Below, one piece after another: positions 17,160-26,500 of a stretch of DNA of 64,000 nt. The notes under the pieces were generated by a model. The model ran no database searches. It was not told where the DNA came from and saw only the letters and a program-made list of their open reading frames with translations. The position numbers and the translations under genes were made by a program. Numbering within the stretch: the stretch's first letter is position 1; each line of letters opens with the position of its first letter. The stretch spans positions 19,453-83,452 of the forward strand of contig JAHBUL010000016.1 in assembly GCA_019638085.1 (NCBI GenBank), written 5' to 3'. This DNA is from Flavobacteriales bacterium. Its GTDB lineage: Bacteria; Bacteroidota; Bacteroidia; Flavobacteriales_F; PHOS-HE28.

Positions 17160-18173
17160 ATGAACCCCGATCCGTCCGCCTCCATTGTAGCCTCCAACCT
17201 GCAGGAACGGCCGTTCTTGATCAACGATCGGGAAGGGTTCAATACGTTGGCCATGGAGCTGTTCGCACTGCATGCGAAGCACGGCCCGGTGTACCGCGAG
17301 TACGTGCAGGCATTGAAGATCGATCCAGCCAGCATCACTTCCATCGAGCAGATCCCCTTTCTCCCCATCGGCCTTTTCCGGGATCGCCGTGTACTTCTGG
17401 AGGGACTGGAAGCTTCGCTCCTGTTCACCAGCAGTGGTACCACGGGGCGGGTCACCAGCACGCATCACGTTCCTTGGCCGAGCTTGTACGAGCGTTCCTT
17501 CACGGAATCCTTCAGTGCCGAATACGGCCGTCCTTCCCGCTGGCGGATCCTCGCTCTGCTCCCAGCGTATCTGGAGCGGCCGGGAAGCTCGTTGGTGTAT
17601 ATGGCCCAAAAACTGATCGAGCAAAGCGGCGATGCCCGCAGCGGCACTTGGCTGCACGATCTGGATGGCCTAGCCGAATTGCTTCGCGAAGGGGAAGCGG
17701 ACGGTATCCAAACCCTGCTGCTTGGCGTTCCCTTCGCCTTACTGGACCTGGCGGAACAGCACCCCATGCCACTGAAGCACACCGTGATCATGGAGACCGG
17801 TGGCATGAAGGGAAGGCGGCCGGAGATGGTACGTGAAGAACTGCACCGTGTCCTGAAGAAAGCCTTCTCCGTGCAACAGGTCCACAGCGAATACGGCATG
17901 ACGGAACTGCTCTCACAAGCGTGGTCGCAGAGTGGAGGAATTTATCGCTGCCCGCCGTGGATGCGGGTACTGGCGCGGGATGTGAACGACCCCTTCACAC
18001 GAGTAGCCGAAGGACGTACCGGCGGCATCGACGTGATCGATCTGTGCAACATCGCGAGTTGTCCGTTCATCAGCACGCAGGACCTGGGGCGGGTACATGC
18101 GGACGGCAGCTTCGAGGTGCTCGGACGGTTCGACAACAGTGATCTGCGCGGATGCAATTTGTTGGTGGAGTGA
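17160..18173 (+). CDS. LuxE/PaaK-like acyl-protein synthetase family protein
   Basis: 337 aa with FTSSGTTG and METGGMKG motifs. The overall pattern matches Bacteroidota proteins I recall being annotated as acyl transferase / LuxE family. Confidence 0.65.
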   Translation: MNPDPSASIVASNLQERPFLINDREGFNTLAMELFALHAKHGPVYREYVQALKIDPASITSIEQIPFLPIGLFRDRRVLLEGLEASLLFTSSGTTGRVTSTHHVPWPSLYERSFTESFSAEYGRPSRWRILALLPAYLERPGSSLVYMAQKLIEQSGDARSGTWLHDLDGLAELLREGEADGIQTLLLGVPFALLDLAEQHPMPLKHTVIMETGGMKGRRPEMVREELHRVLKKAFSVQQVHSEYGMTELLSQAWSQSGGIYRCPPWMRVLARDVNDPFTRVAEGRTGGIDVIDLCNIASCPFISTQDLGRVHADGSFEVLGRFDNSDLRGCNLLVE

Positions 18174-18267
18174 ACCGCAGTGCTTGAATTGTACCGCTAC
18201 GAGCGCAACGGGCGCAATGGGAATGCAACGTAGCAGAAGGAATCGCTTAGGTATGACCCGGACCTAT

Positions 18268-19548
18268 TCACACCGCCTTCACCAAGAAGTAGTTCTTCTT
18301 TCCGCGCTGCAGCATGATGAACTTGCCGGCGATCAGGTCGTCCGCGTTCACCGTGCGGTCCTCGCCTACTTTCACTTTGTTCACGCTGATGCTCCCCTCT
18401 TTCAAGGCGCGTTTGGCTTCTCCCTTTGAAGCCAGAAAGCCCGTGACATCGCTCAACAGATCGATGATGCCCATGCCGGCCTGGATCGTTGTGTGTGCCA
18501 CTTCCGCTTGCGGCACGCCGTCGAATACATCCAGCCACTGCTTCTCGCTGAGCGTACCCAAGCCTTCCGCGGCATTTCCGAACAGGATCGTACTGGCTTG
18601 TATGGCAGCCTCCAGTTCGGCGGCACCGTGTACCAAGGTGGTGATGTGACCAGCGACCGCCTTTTGCAGCCTCCGTTCGTGCGGGGCCGTTGCATGATCG
18701 GCCACCAACGCCTCCACTTCAGTCTGTGTCCACGGTGTGAAGATGGCCGCGAAACGTGCTGCATCCACATCGGTGGCATTCAACCAGAACTGGTAGAACT
18801 TATACGGTGATGTACGCTCCGCATCCAGCCACACGTTGCCGCTTTCGCTTTTGCCGAATTTGCTTCCATCGGCCTTGGTGAGCAGCGGTGTGGTGATCGC
18901 ATAGGCCTCGTTGCCGCCCATGCGCCGGATCAATTCCGTGCCGGTGGTGATGTTGCCCCATTGATCGCTGCCGCCCATCTGCACCGTGCAGTTCTCGTGC
19001 TGGTTCAACCACCAATAATCGTAGCCCTGCACCAGTTGGTAGCTGAACTCCGTGAATGACAACCCGGTTTCCAAGCGGCTCTTCACGCTGTCTTTCGCCA
19101 TCATGTAATTCACCGTGATGTGCTTGCCCACGTCGCGGATGAAGCGCAGGAAGCCCATGTCCTTGAACCAGTCGTAGTTGTTCACCAAGCGCGCCGGATT
19201 GGGGCCGCTGTTGAAATCCAGGAAGCGCTCCAACTGCTTTTGAACGCAGGCCTGGTTGTGGCGCAGCGCATCTTCGTCGAGCAGGTTGCGTTCGCTCTTC
19301 TTCCCGCTGGGATCGCCCACCATGCCCGTGGCCCCGCCCACCAGGGCTACCGGCTTGTGACCGCAGCGCTGGAAGTGGACCAGGATCATGATCTGAACCA
19401 GATTGCCCACATGGAGCGAATCAGCGGTGGGATCGAAGCCGATATAGCCGCTGGCAGGGCCTTTCAGCAAATGCTCTTCAGCGCCGGGCGTACTGTCCTG
19501 CAACAAGCCGCGCCAGCGGAGTTCCTGTACAAAGTTGGTTACTGCCAT
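18268..19548 (-). CDS. tyrS: tyrosine--tRNA ligase
   Basis: 426 aa from the internal ATG ([16 protein letters not shown]...). It has a HIGH-type motif (SLHVGNL), a KMSKS-type motif (KFGKS) and a C-terminal S4-like domain. The upstream 137 track codons are Arg-rich junk. Confidence 0.95.
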   Translation of the reverse strand: MAVTNFVQELRWRGLLQDSTPGAEEHLLKGPASGYIGFDPTADSLHVGNLVQIMILVHFQRCGHKPVALVGGATGMVGDPSGKKSERNLLDEDALRHNQACVQKQLERFLDFNSGPNPARLVNNYDWFKDMGFLRFIRDVGKHITVNYMMAKDSVKSRLETGLSFTEFSYQLVQGYDYWWLNQHENCTVQMGGSDQWGNITTGTELIRRMGGNEAYAITTPLLTKADGSKFGKSESGNVWLDAERTSPYKFYQFWLNATDVDAARFAAIFTPWTQTEVEALVADHATAPHERRLQKAVAGHITTLVHGAAELEAAIQASTILFGNAAEGLGTLSEKQWLDVFDGVPQAEVAHTTIQAGMGIIDLLSDVTGFLASKGEAKRALKEGSISVNKVKVGEDRTVNADDLIAGKFIMLQRGKKNYFLVKAV

Positions 19549-19676
19549 TTTTTTACCGCCAAGGGCGCAAAGGATGCAAAGGTCCGATAAATCGGACGCA
19601 AAGAAATGCAAGCGCTCCGGACCGGCGACCTCAAGCAGCAGGTCGATAACTTGCGGCCGCGCCAATTCGCGCTTAG

Positions 19677-20678
19677 ATGGATCTGGTAACAGGAGGAACG
19701 GGGATCGTGGGCGCGCATGTGCTGGACGCGTTGCTGACCCAAGGAAGAACCGTGCATGCCTTGCTGCGGGAGGGCAGTGACGCATCCATCGTGAAGCGGA
19801 TCCTGCAACACTATCACCCCGACGGTGCCGAGCGCTTTCAACGCATCCACTGGGTGGCAGGTGATCTGTTCGACGAAGATGTGTTGCGCGAAGCAATGCA
19901 GGGAGCAGTGCACGTGTACCATTGCGCCGCCTTGGTATCCTTCGACCCGCGCGATGCACATGCCCTGCACCACATCAACGTGGAAGGGACCGCCAATGTG
20001 GTGGATGCTGCGCTGGAGGCTGGTGTGCAGCGCGTTTGCCATGTGAGTTCCACGGCCTCCATCGGCGGCGGAATGGATGGCGGAACGGGTGATGAGACAA
20101 AGCCCTTTGTGCTGGACAGACGCTCCTCGGGCTATGCGATCAGCAAGGCGGATGCCGAGCTGGAGGTACACCGCGGCATCGCCGAAGGACTGGATGCGGT
20201 GATGGTGAACCCGTGCGTGGTGATCGGCCCCGGGCAGCACGGTCGCAGTAGCATGACGATGATCGATCGCGTGCGGAAGGGTTCGCGCTTTTTTCCGGGA
20301 GGTACCAATGCGATCGTGGATGCGCGTGATGTGGCCACAGCGATGGTGCGCTTGATCACCGAAGGGAGATCCGGTGAACGCTATCTCCTGATCGGGGAGC
20401 ACATCAGCTACCAGCGGCTCTTCACCTTGATCACGCAAAGCAATGGAAAGTCTGCTCCTTCCATGAAGCTGCCAGCGTGGGCGTTGGAATTGGGCTGGCG
20501 CGCAGAAGTGGCACGAACGCTCTTTGGCGGACGCCCGCTGGTGACACGCAACACGGCGCGGACGGCCTCGCGGATCCGTCACTACGATGGCTCGAAAGCG
20601 GAGCATTTGCTGGGGATGCGCTTCCGCTCTGCGGAAGAGGCCATCGCGAACGTGGCTGCTTTCCTTGAGCGGGGATGA
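19677..20678 (+). CDS. NAD-dependent epimerase/dehydratase (SDR) family protein
   Basis: 333 aa with Rossmann motif [12 protein letters not shown] and catalytic YAISK (YxxxK). Confidence 0.85.
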   Translation: MDLVTGGTGIVGAHVLDALLTQGRTVHALLREGSDASIVKRILQHYHPDGAERFQRIHWVAGDLFDEDVLREAMQGAVHVYHCAALVSFDPRDAHALHHINVEGTANVVDAALEAGVQRVCHVSSTASIGGGMDGGTGDETKPFVLDRRSSGYAISKADAELEVHRGIAEGLDAVMVNPCVVIGPGQHGRSSMTMIDRVRKGSRFFPGGTNAIVDARDVATAMVRLITEGRSGERYLLIGEHISYQRLFTLITQSNGKSAPSMKLPAWALELGWRAEVARTLFGGRPLVTRNTARTASRIRHYDGSKAEHLLGMRFRSAEEAIANVAAFLERG

Positions 20679-20692
20679 GGTATGCTTCCATC

Positions 20693-20740
20693 AAAAAAAC
20701 CGCCGATTGCACAGATGGGATGACTGATCTCCATCGGAGG
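20693..20740 (-). terminator. intrinsic-terminator-like hairpin plus T7 tract on the minus strand
   Basis: Minus strand reads CCTCCGATGGAGAT...ATCTGTGCAATCGGCGG followed by TTTTTTT. The plus-strand A7 run is at 20693-20699. The outer stem CCGCCGAT/ATCGGAGG pairs at 7 of 8 and the inner stem AGAT/ATCT is perfect. Confidence 0.45.
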
Positions 20741-21066
20741 AAAGGCATGCGCGTTTGCCACACGCACCGATACATATCGGAGGCACACGCTCGGCTCGGT
20801 GCCTGAGGCCTTGGGTCCTGAGGTAGTCGAATGGTCGAAGGCCCGAGTGTGTTCGTGTATAGGGCCTCCGGCCCGACTCGAGTTGTGGAGCCTACGGAAT
20901 TAGTCGGGCCGGATGCCCTGGGATGCCGCCCACTCGGAAAAACCCGAGCGGGTGCCTTCGGAGGGATGCGCGACCTATCGGTCTCCCATCCCTCGTGGCA
21001 AGATTGCTTCATGCGACCCGCCCGCTCTCGCGTGCGTGCCGCATTCGCAATGACATTGAAGGGTGC
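20741..21066 (-). other. structured non-coding region between convergent genes (long 3' UTR or unclassified RNA)
   Basis: No credible ORF in any frame. Several perfect stems are present, for example CCGGCCCGACT / AGTCGGGCCGG (around 20868-20913), GAGGGATG / CATCCCTC (around 20961-20994) and AGGCAC / GTGCCT (around 20782-20805). Confidence 0.35.
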
Positions 21067-21408
21067 TCACTTGAGCGTGGTGCTGTCCGCTCGCTGCTGC
21101 AGCTGGTTCAGGACATTTTCGTAGATCTTCTTCAAGGCCTCCGGCTGCTTCAGATAGGCATCGTACGTGGCCCGGAAATCGGCCTCGGTGACACCTTGCT
21201 CCTCGAACAGTTCCTTGTAGTAGGATGCAGCCGGGCTTTCAGCGCGGTTGTCCACCCGGATCTCGTGCCCCAGGCGGGCTTGGATCAACAGGCTTCCGGC
21301 AAGGACCTGCTCGAACTTCTCGGGGCTCAAGGGCGCTTCCGGCACTTCCTCCTTTTCCCCGCAACCGAGGGCAAGGACCAGCAGCAGGAGAAGCGCAGCA
21401 TTCCTCAT
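21067..21408 (-). CDS. DUF4296-like lipoprotein
   Basis: 113 aa with lipobox LALGC in MRNAALLLLLVLALGCGE. Both the sequence pattern and its position downstream of dihydroorotase match Bacteroidota DUF4296 genes as I recall them. Confidence 0.7.
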   Translation of the reverse strand: MRNAALLLLLVLALGCGEKEEVPEAPLSPEKFEQVLAGSLLIQARLGHEIRVDNRAESPAASYYKELFEEQGVTEADFRATYDAYLKQPEALKKIYENVLNQLQQRADSTTLK

Positions 21409-22742
21409 CGATCGAAGATCGCTCGCATTCCGCGGACGGACCCATCCACTTTTCCATCCTTATGTACCAGCTGACCGTTCAACCACGTACGCAGGACGCG
21501 GGAACGGAAACGCTGGCCCTCGAAGGGCGACCAGCCGCATTTGTACAAGAGGTTATCCTTGGTCACGGTCCAAGGTGCATCGAGGTCCACCAACACGAGA
21601 TCGGCATGCTGGCCCTCGCGGATGAATCCGCGGTCCTTCACTTGGAACAAGCGGGCCGGCGCGTGGCACATCTTCTCCACCACTTCCTCCAGGCTGAACA
21701 CGCCTTGATGCATCAGCTCAAGCATGGCGGGTAGCGCATGTTGCACCAAGGGACCACCGCTGGGGCATTGCGCATAACGATGCTCCTTCTCTTCGGTCGT
21801 GTGCGGCGCATGGTCGGTGGCCACCACATCAATGCGGCCGTACTTCACCGCTTGGCGAATGGCATCGCGGTCCTCCAAGGACTTCACTGCGGGGTTCCAT
21901 TTGATCAATGCGCCCTTCTTCTTGTAATCGGCATCGGTGAACCAGAGGTGGTGCACGCAGGCCTCGGCCGTGATGCGCTTGTTCGCCAACGGTCCCGGTG
22001 TGAACAGCTCCAGTTCGCGTGCGGTGCTGATGTGGAGCACATGCAAGCGAGTGCCGTGTTTCTTCGCCAAGGCCACTGCATTGCTTGAGGATAGCCAGCA
22101 AGCCTCCGCGCTCCGGATAAACGGGTGCTGCTCCATCGGAATATCGTCTCCAAAACGGGCCACGGCCTCGGCCATGTTCCGCCGGATGCTCGGCTCATCC
22201 TCGGCGTGTATGGCAAGGATCAGGTGGGCCTCCTTGAACAGGCGATCCAGTGTTTCGGGGTTGTCCACGAGCATGTTGCCGGTGCTGCTTCCCAGAAAGG
22301 CCTTCAAGCCGCAAACGGTGCGCGGATCGGTCCGGAGGACTTCATCCACATTGGTATTGCTGGCGCCCATGTAGAAGGAGTAGTTCGCCACGCTGGAGGC
22401 GGCGCCCATGGCGTACTTCTGCTCCAGCAGCGCTTGCGTCAGCGTTTGCGGAATGGTGTTGGGCATCTCCATGAAGGTGGTGATGCCACCGGCCACCGCC
22501 GCTGCGGAACCGTGCGCGATGTCCTCCTTGTAGGTAAGCCCCGGCTCGCGGAAATGGACCTGATCATCGATGGCGCCGGGCAGCAAATGCTTGCCCTTCG
22601 CATCGAACTCCTTCACCCCTTTCGCATTGCCGATCCCTTCCGTGGCCACACGCTCGATAAAGCCATCGCGAACCAACACGTCCGCTGGTATTACCCGGCC
22701 TTCATTCACCACTTGGACATCACGGAGCAGCCAGCTGTTCAT
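21405..22742 (-). CDS. pyrC: dihydroorotase
   Basis: 445 aa with IDDQVHFREPGLTYKEDI, a GGITTFMEMPNT block and VATDHAPH. It has 4-nt overlaps with both neighbours. Confidence 0.9.
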   Translation of the reverse strand: MNSWLLRDVQVVNEGRVIPADVLVRDGFIERVATEGIGNAKGVKEFDAKGKHLLPGAIDDQVHFREPGLTYKEDIAHGSAAAVAGGITTFMEMPNTIPQTLTQALLEQKYAMGAASSVANYSFYMGASNTNVDEVLRTDPRTVCGLKAFLGSSTGNMLVDNPETLDRLFKEAHLILAIHAEDEPSIRRNMAEAVARFGDDIPMEQHPFIRSAEACWLSSSNAVALAKKHGTRLHVLHISTARELELFTPGPLANKRITAEACVHHLWFTDADYKKKGALIKWNPAVKSLEDRDAIRQAVKYGRIDVVATDHAPHTTEEKEHRYAQCPSGGPLVQHALPAMLELMHQGVFSLEEVVEKMCHAPARLFQVKDRGFIREGQHADLVLVDLDAPWTVTKDNLLYKCGWSPFEGQRFRSRVLRTWLNGQLVHKDGKVDGSVRGMRAIFDR

Positions 22743-23479
22743 GGTCCGATCGCAGTTTTTGCGCCTCGCTTGATCGTGGTGCGCATCATCAGCACGCCGA
22801 GGAAGGCTTCATGAAAGATATTGGCGCTCATCTTGCTCTTTCCCTTCACCCGGTCCTTGAACGTGATGGGCACCTCCTTGATGCGGAACCCCGCCATCTT
22901 CACGCGGTACTTCATCTCGATCTGGAAGGCATAGCCGATGAAGCGGATCTGGTCCAGTGGAAGCGCCCGTAACGTGTTCGCACGGTAGCAGACGAAGCCT
23001 GCCGTGGTGTCGCGCACGTTCATCCACAGCACGAGGCGTACGTATGCTGAAGCGCACCAGCTCAACAGCACACGGTTCCAAGCCCAGTCGCTCACTTTTC
23101 CGCCCTTCACATACCGCGAGCCCACGCTCATGTCCGCTCCACCTTCCGCACAGGCGGCGTAAAGCCGAAGCAGGTCGTTGGGGTCGTGGCTGAAATCGGC
23201 ATCCATCTCGAAGATGTAACCGTAGTCCCGTTCCAGCGCCCATTTGAACCCGGCGATGTAGGCCGTGCCCAAGCCGAGCTTGCCTTTGCGTTCCAAGAGG
23301 TGAACGCGCTTCGATTCCTTTAGCTGAACGTCCCGTACGATGTCCGCTGTACCGTCCGGTGATCCATCATCCACTACCAGTACATGGAACTCCGGTTGCA
23401 ACCCGAGCACATGTGCGATAATGTCGCGGATGTTCTCCTTCTCGTTGTAAGTAGGAATGATGACCAAGCGTTCGCTCAT
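22739..23479 (-). CDS. polyprenol-phosphate mannosyltransferase-like GT2 glycosyltransferase
   Basis: MSERLVIIPTYNEKENI, VVDDGSPDGT and FEMDADFSHDP. The ORF-track start at 23500 is possible, but homologues as I recall begin at the MS...IIPTYNE position. Confidence 0.85.
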   Translation of the reverse strand: MSERLVIIPTYNEKENIRDIIAHVLGLQPEFHVLVVDDGSPDGTADIVRDVQLKESKRVHLLERKGKLGLGTAYIAGFKWALERDYGYIFEMDADFSHDPNDLLRLYAACAEGGADMSVGSRYVKGGKVSDWAWNRVLLSWCASAYVRLVLWMNVRDTTAGFVCYRANTLRALPLDQIRFIGYAFQIEMKYRVKMAGFRIKEVPITFKDRVKGKSKMSANIFHEAFLGVLMMRTTIKRGAKTAIGP

Positions 23480-23530
23480 GTGCTTTTTGGATGGGCGCAA
23501 AGGTCGCGGAAAATAGCCGGATGGGCTACC

Positions 23531-26500
23531 TCAGCGAACGAGCGTTACATGGCCGATGTGCTCGAAGCGCGTGTTCGCTACCATGTCCTGTCCCGTAAGC
23601 TTCCACACATAGACTCCGATCGGTGCGGGATTTCCGTTGCTGAAATTCCCGTCCCATTTCGCGTTCATATCCTCGGTGTTGTACACCTCCTTCCCCCACC
23701 GATCCACGATGATGAAATGGTAATCGTTCGGGTCGAGTCCCATGACCACCGGTGCGAATTCATCGTTGATGCCATCCCCATCCGGGGTGAAGGCGTTGGC
23801 CGTGAACACGGAAGCACTGGCGGGTACCAACAGGTCCTCACAGATCGTGTCCGAACAAGTGGGTGAGGCATAGGCGATCAGGCAAATGGGGTAGATCTCT
23901 TCCACGTTGTACGGGAAGGTGAATTGCGGATTCGCCAGTGTGGATGTACCCATACCCCCAAAGTCCCAGAGGTATGCACTAGCGCCTGTACTCCCGTTGG
24001 CGAAAGCGGCAGTAGGACTGGTCGTACTTGTGATCCGGCCTACGATGCTGAAGGCTGCAACGGGCCTTTCCACCACACGCACAAGTTGATCCACCTCGGT
24101 GGTAACCGCACATCCATTCCCTGGATCAGCGGTGAAGTGTACCACGTAGTTCCCGGGCTGGTCATAGGTGATCGTGATGGGACCACAATCGGTGGTATCC
24201 ATTCCATTACCGAAGTTCCAGTAGCATGTTCCATCTCCGGCATAGCCGCTGGTGAACGTGACCTGCACGGGCACACATCCCTCGCTCATCTCGAAGTTTG
24301 GTGCGACATCCGGAATGGGCGTCACAGTGACCTCCACGCTGGCGATATCCTGCTGGCACGGCGCTGGTGCGGTCACGGTATAGATGTAGGAACCACTGAT
24401 CGCCGCAGTCGGATCAAGAATACCATCGGCGCTGATCCCTGCGGGACCGGACCATGTTCCTCCAACATCCGGTGTGCCGCTGAGCAAGTTGAAAAGCTGG
24501 AAGGACTCAGCATTCGCGCAGACGGTGGTGTCGCCATCAATGCCGGCGTAGGCCGCTGGGGAAACGCTGATGTCCACGGTGGCCACCGCTTGTGCGCAAC
24601 TGGCCACAGCAGGCATTAGATAGCTGTATGCTCCTGGGATGGAGCTGCTCGGGTCGAATGTCGCCGAAGTGGCATTGCCATCCGGATCTGTCCAAGAACC
24701 TCCAGCATCCGGCTCGCCACCCAGTAAATTCAACATGTTCACGGGTGGGTTGATGCTGCACAAGGCCGCCGTGGTATCATTTCCTGCGTCCGGAGCCTGT
24801 ACTACTACCACGACCACCTCGGCAGAGGCCGATGGACAAGGCGAGGCGCCTTGGACGGTGTAGATATAGGTTCCTGATGAATTCGTGCTCGGATCGAGAA
24901 TGCCGTTGAAGGGATCATTGTTGGGCGGCATGGTCCAGGTTCCTCCGGCATCCGGAGCACCGCCAAGCTCGCCGAACAGCGCCACCGGAGCGCCGTCGCT
25001 GCATACGCTCAGTGCACCGTTCGTTCCGGCATCCACAGCATGATTGATGGAGAGGCTCACTACCGCTGATGCATCCGGGCAGGAAGCATTGCCTGTAACG
25101 GTATAGGTATATGGCCCCTCCTCGGCGGTTGCCGGGTTGATGGATGCTGAAGTAGCGAGCCCATCCGGACCGATCCAGGTGCCGCCTTGCTGCGGATTCC
25201 CTGAGAGTAGGCCATGCAAGTTCACCACCGGGCCTGCATCACAGAGTGCCACCGCATTGTCCTGGCCTGCATTAGGTCCGGGAAGGACGATCATTTGTAC
25301 CGTGGCGGAAACATCCGCACAAACACCGCCGATGAATTGGTAAGTGTACACGCCTTGCGTGGAAGTTGCAGGATCGAAAATTCCGGTCGAAGTACCTCCG
25401 GGTCCTGTCCAGGTACCACCTTGATCGGGGTTTCCGCCGAGGAGCGTGAACAGGTTGACAGGGGCATCTCCCGTGCATACTGTATCGAGCGCATTGATGC
25501 CGGGGTCTTGCGGGGCTTCGATCACCACCTCAACTTCAGCGGTGGCATCCACACAAGGAGGTGTGGCACTCAGCGTATATGTGTAAATACCTGCGGTATT
25601 CACTACCGGATCGAACTGGTCGTTCGTGATCGTGCTGGGACCGCTCCACGTTCCGCCGGCATCGGGGCTACCGCCCAACTGCGTGAAGAGGTTGATCGCG
25701 GAGCCATCCTCACAGACCGTCACCGACCCATCGGTGCCCGCGTTCGGGCTGCCCGTCTCAGTGACCGTTACCGTGGCGCTTGCGCTGCCGCAAGGTGCCG
25801 TGCCTGTCACCGTATAGGTGTAATCACCGGGGGCCATCGTCGCGGGATCGTACTGATCGCCCGTCACCGGGCTTGGACCGCTCCAGCTGCCGCCGGTGTC
25901 CGGGGTGCCGAGCGCCGCCAGCAGGCTCACCGCTGCACCTTGGTCGCAGACCGTGAGGTCACCATCCGTGCCGGCGTCAGGGGTGGGGACTTCGATGACC
26001 GTGACCGTCGCCTGATCACCAATACATGGAGGAGCGCCTGGTAGCGAATAGATGAAAGCGCCCGGCGGCGTAACACCAGGAACATAAGATCCACTGAATC
26101 CTCCCGACCATGTGCCGCCAGGCTGGGCTCCGTCCAACATGGTGAACAGGTTCACTGCACTACTGCTCGAGCACAGGGTAATGGTGGTATCACGCCCGGC
26201 ATTCGGTGCGGTGACCTCCACCACGGTTACCACTGCCTGATCACTAGCACAAGGAGCAATCCCGTTGACCGTGTAGATATAGGGTCCTTCAGGATCAACA
26301 GTTGGTTCGTAAGTGCCATCGAATAAAATGCCACTCGGTCCAGTCCAAGCTCCACCACCTTGGGCGCCGGTCAACACGAAGAACAGGTTCGTTGTGCTAT
26401 TGGAGGAGCACAGGGTGAAGATCGTATCCAACCCAGCATTGGGAGAAACCACTTCGTTCACCGTCACCGTGGCCGTCGCATTCCCGCAGGGTGCCACACC

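Noticed and set aside
20679-21066. RNase P RNA, tmRNA or SRP RNA in the structured gap
   Set aside because: GGAGGAAAGG is present, but the rest of the P4/CR-I signature (GAGGAAAGUCCGGGC) and the ACAGAA..CCGGCUUA partner are absent. There is no UUCGAC...CCACCA for tmRNA and no GGUCAGGUCCGGAAGGAAGCAGCC-like SRP core. The region is left unclassified.
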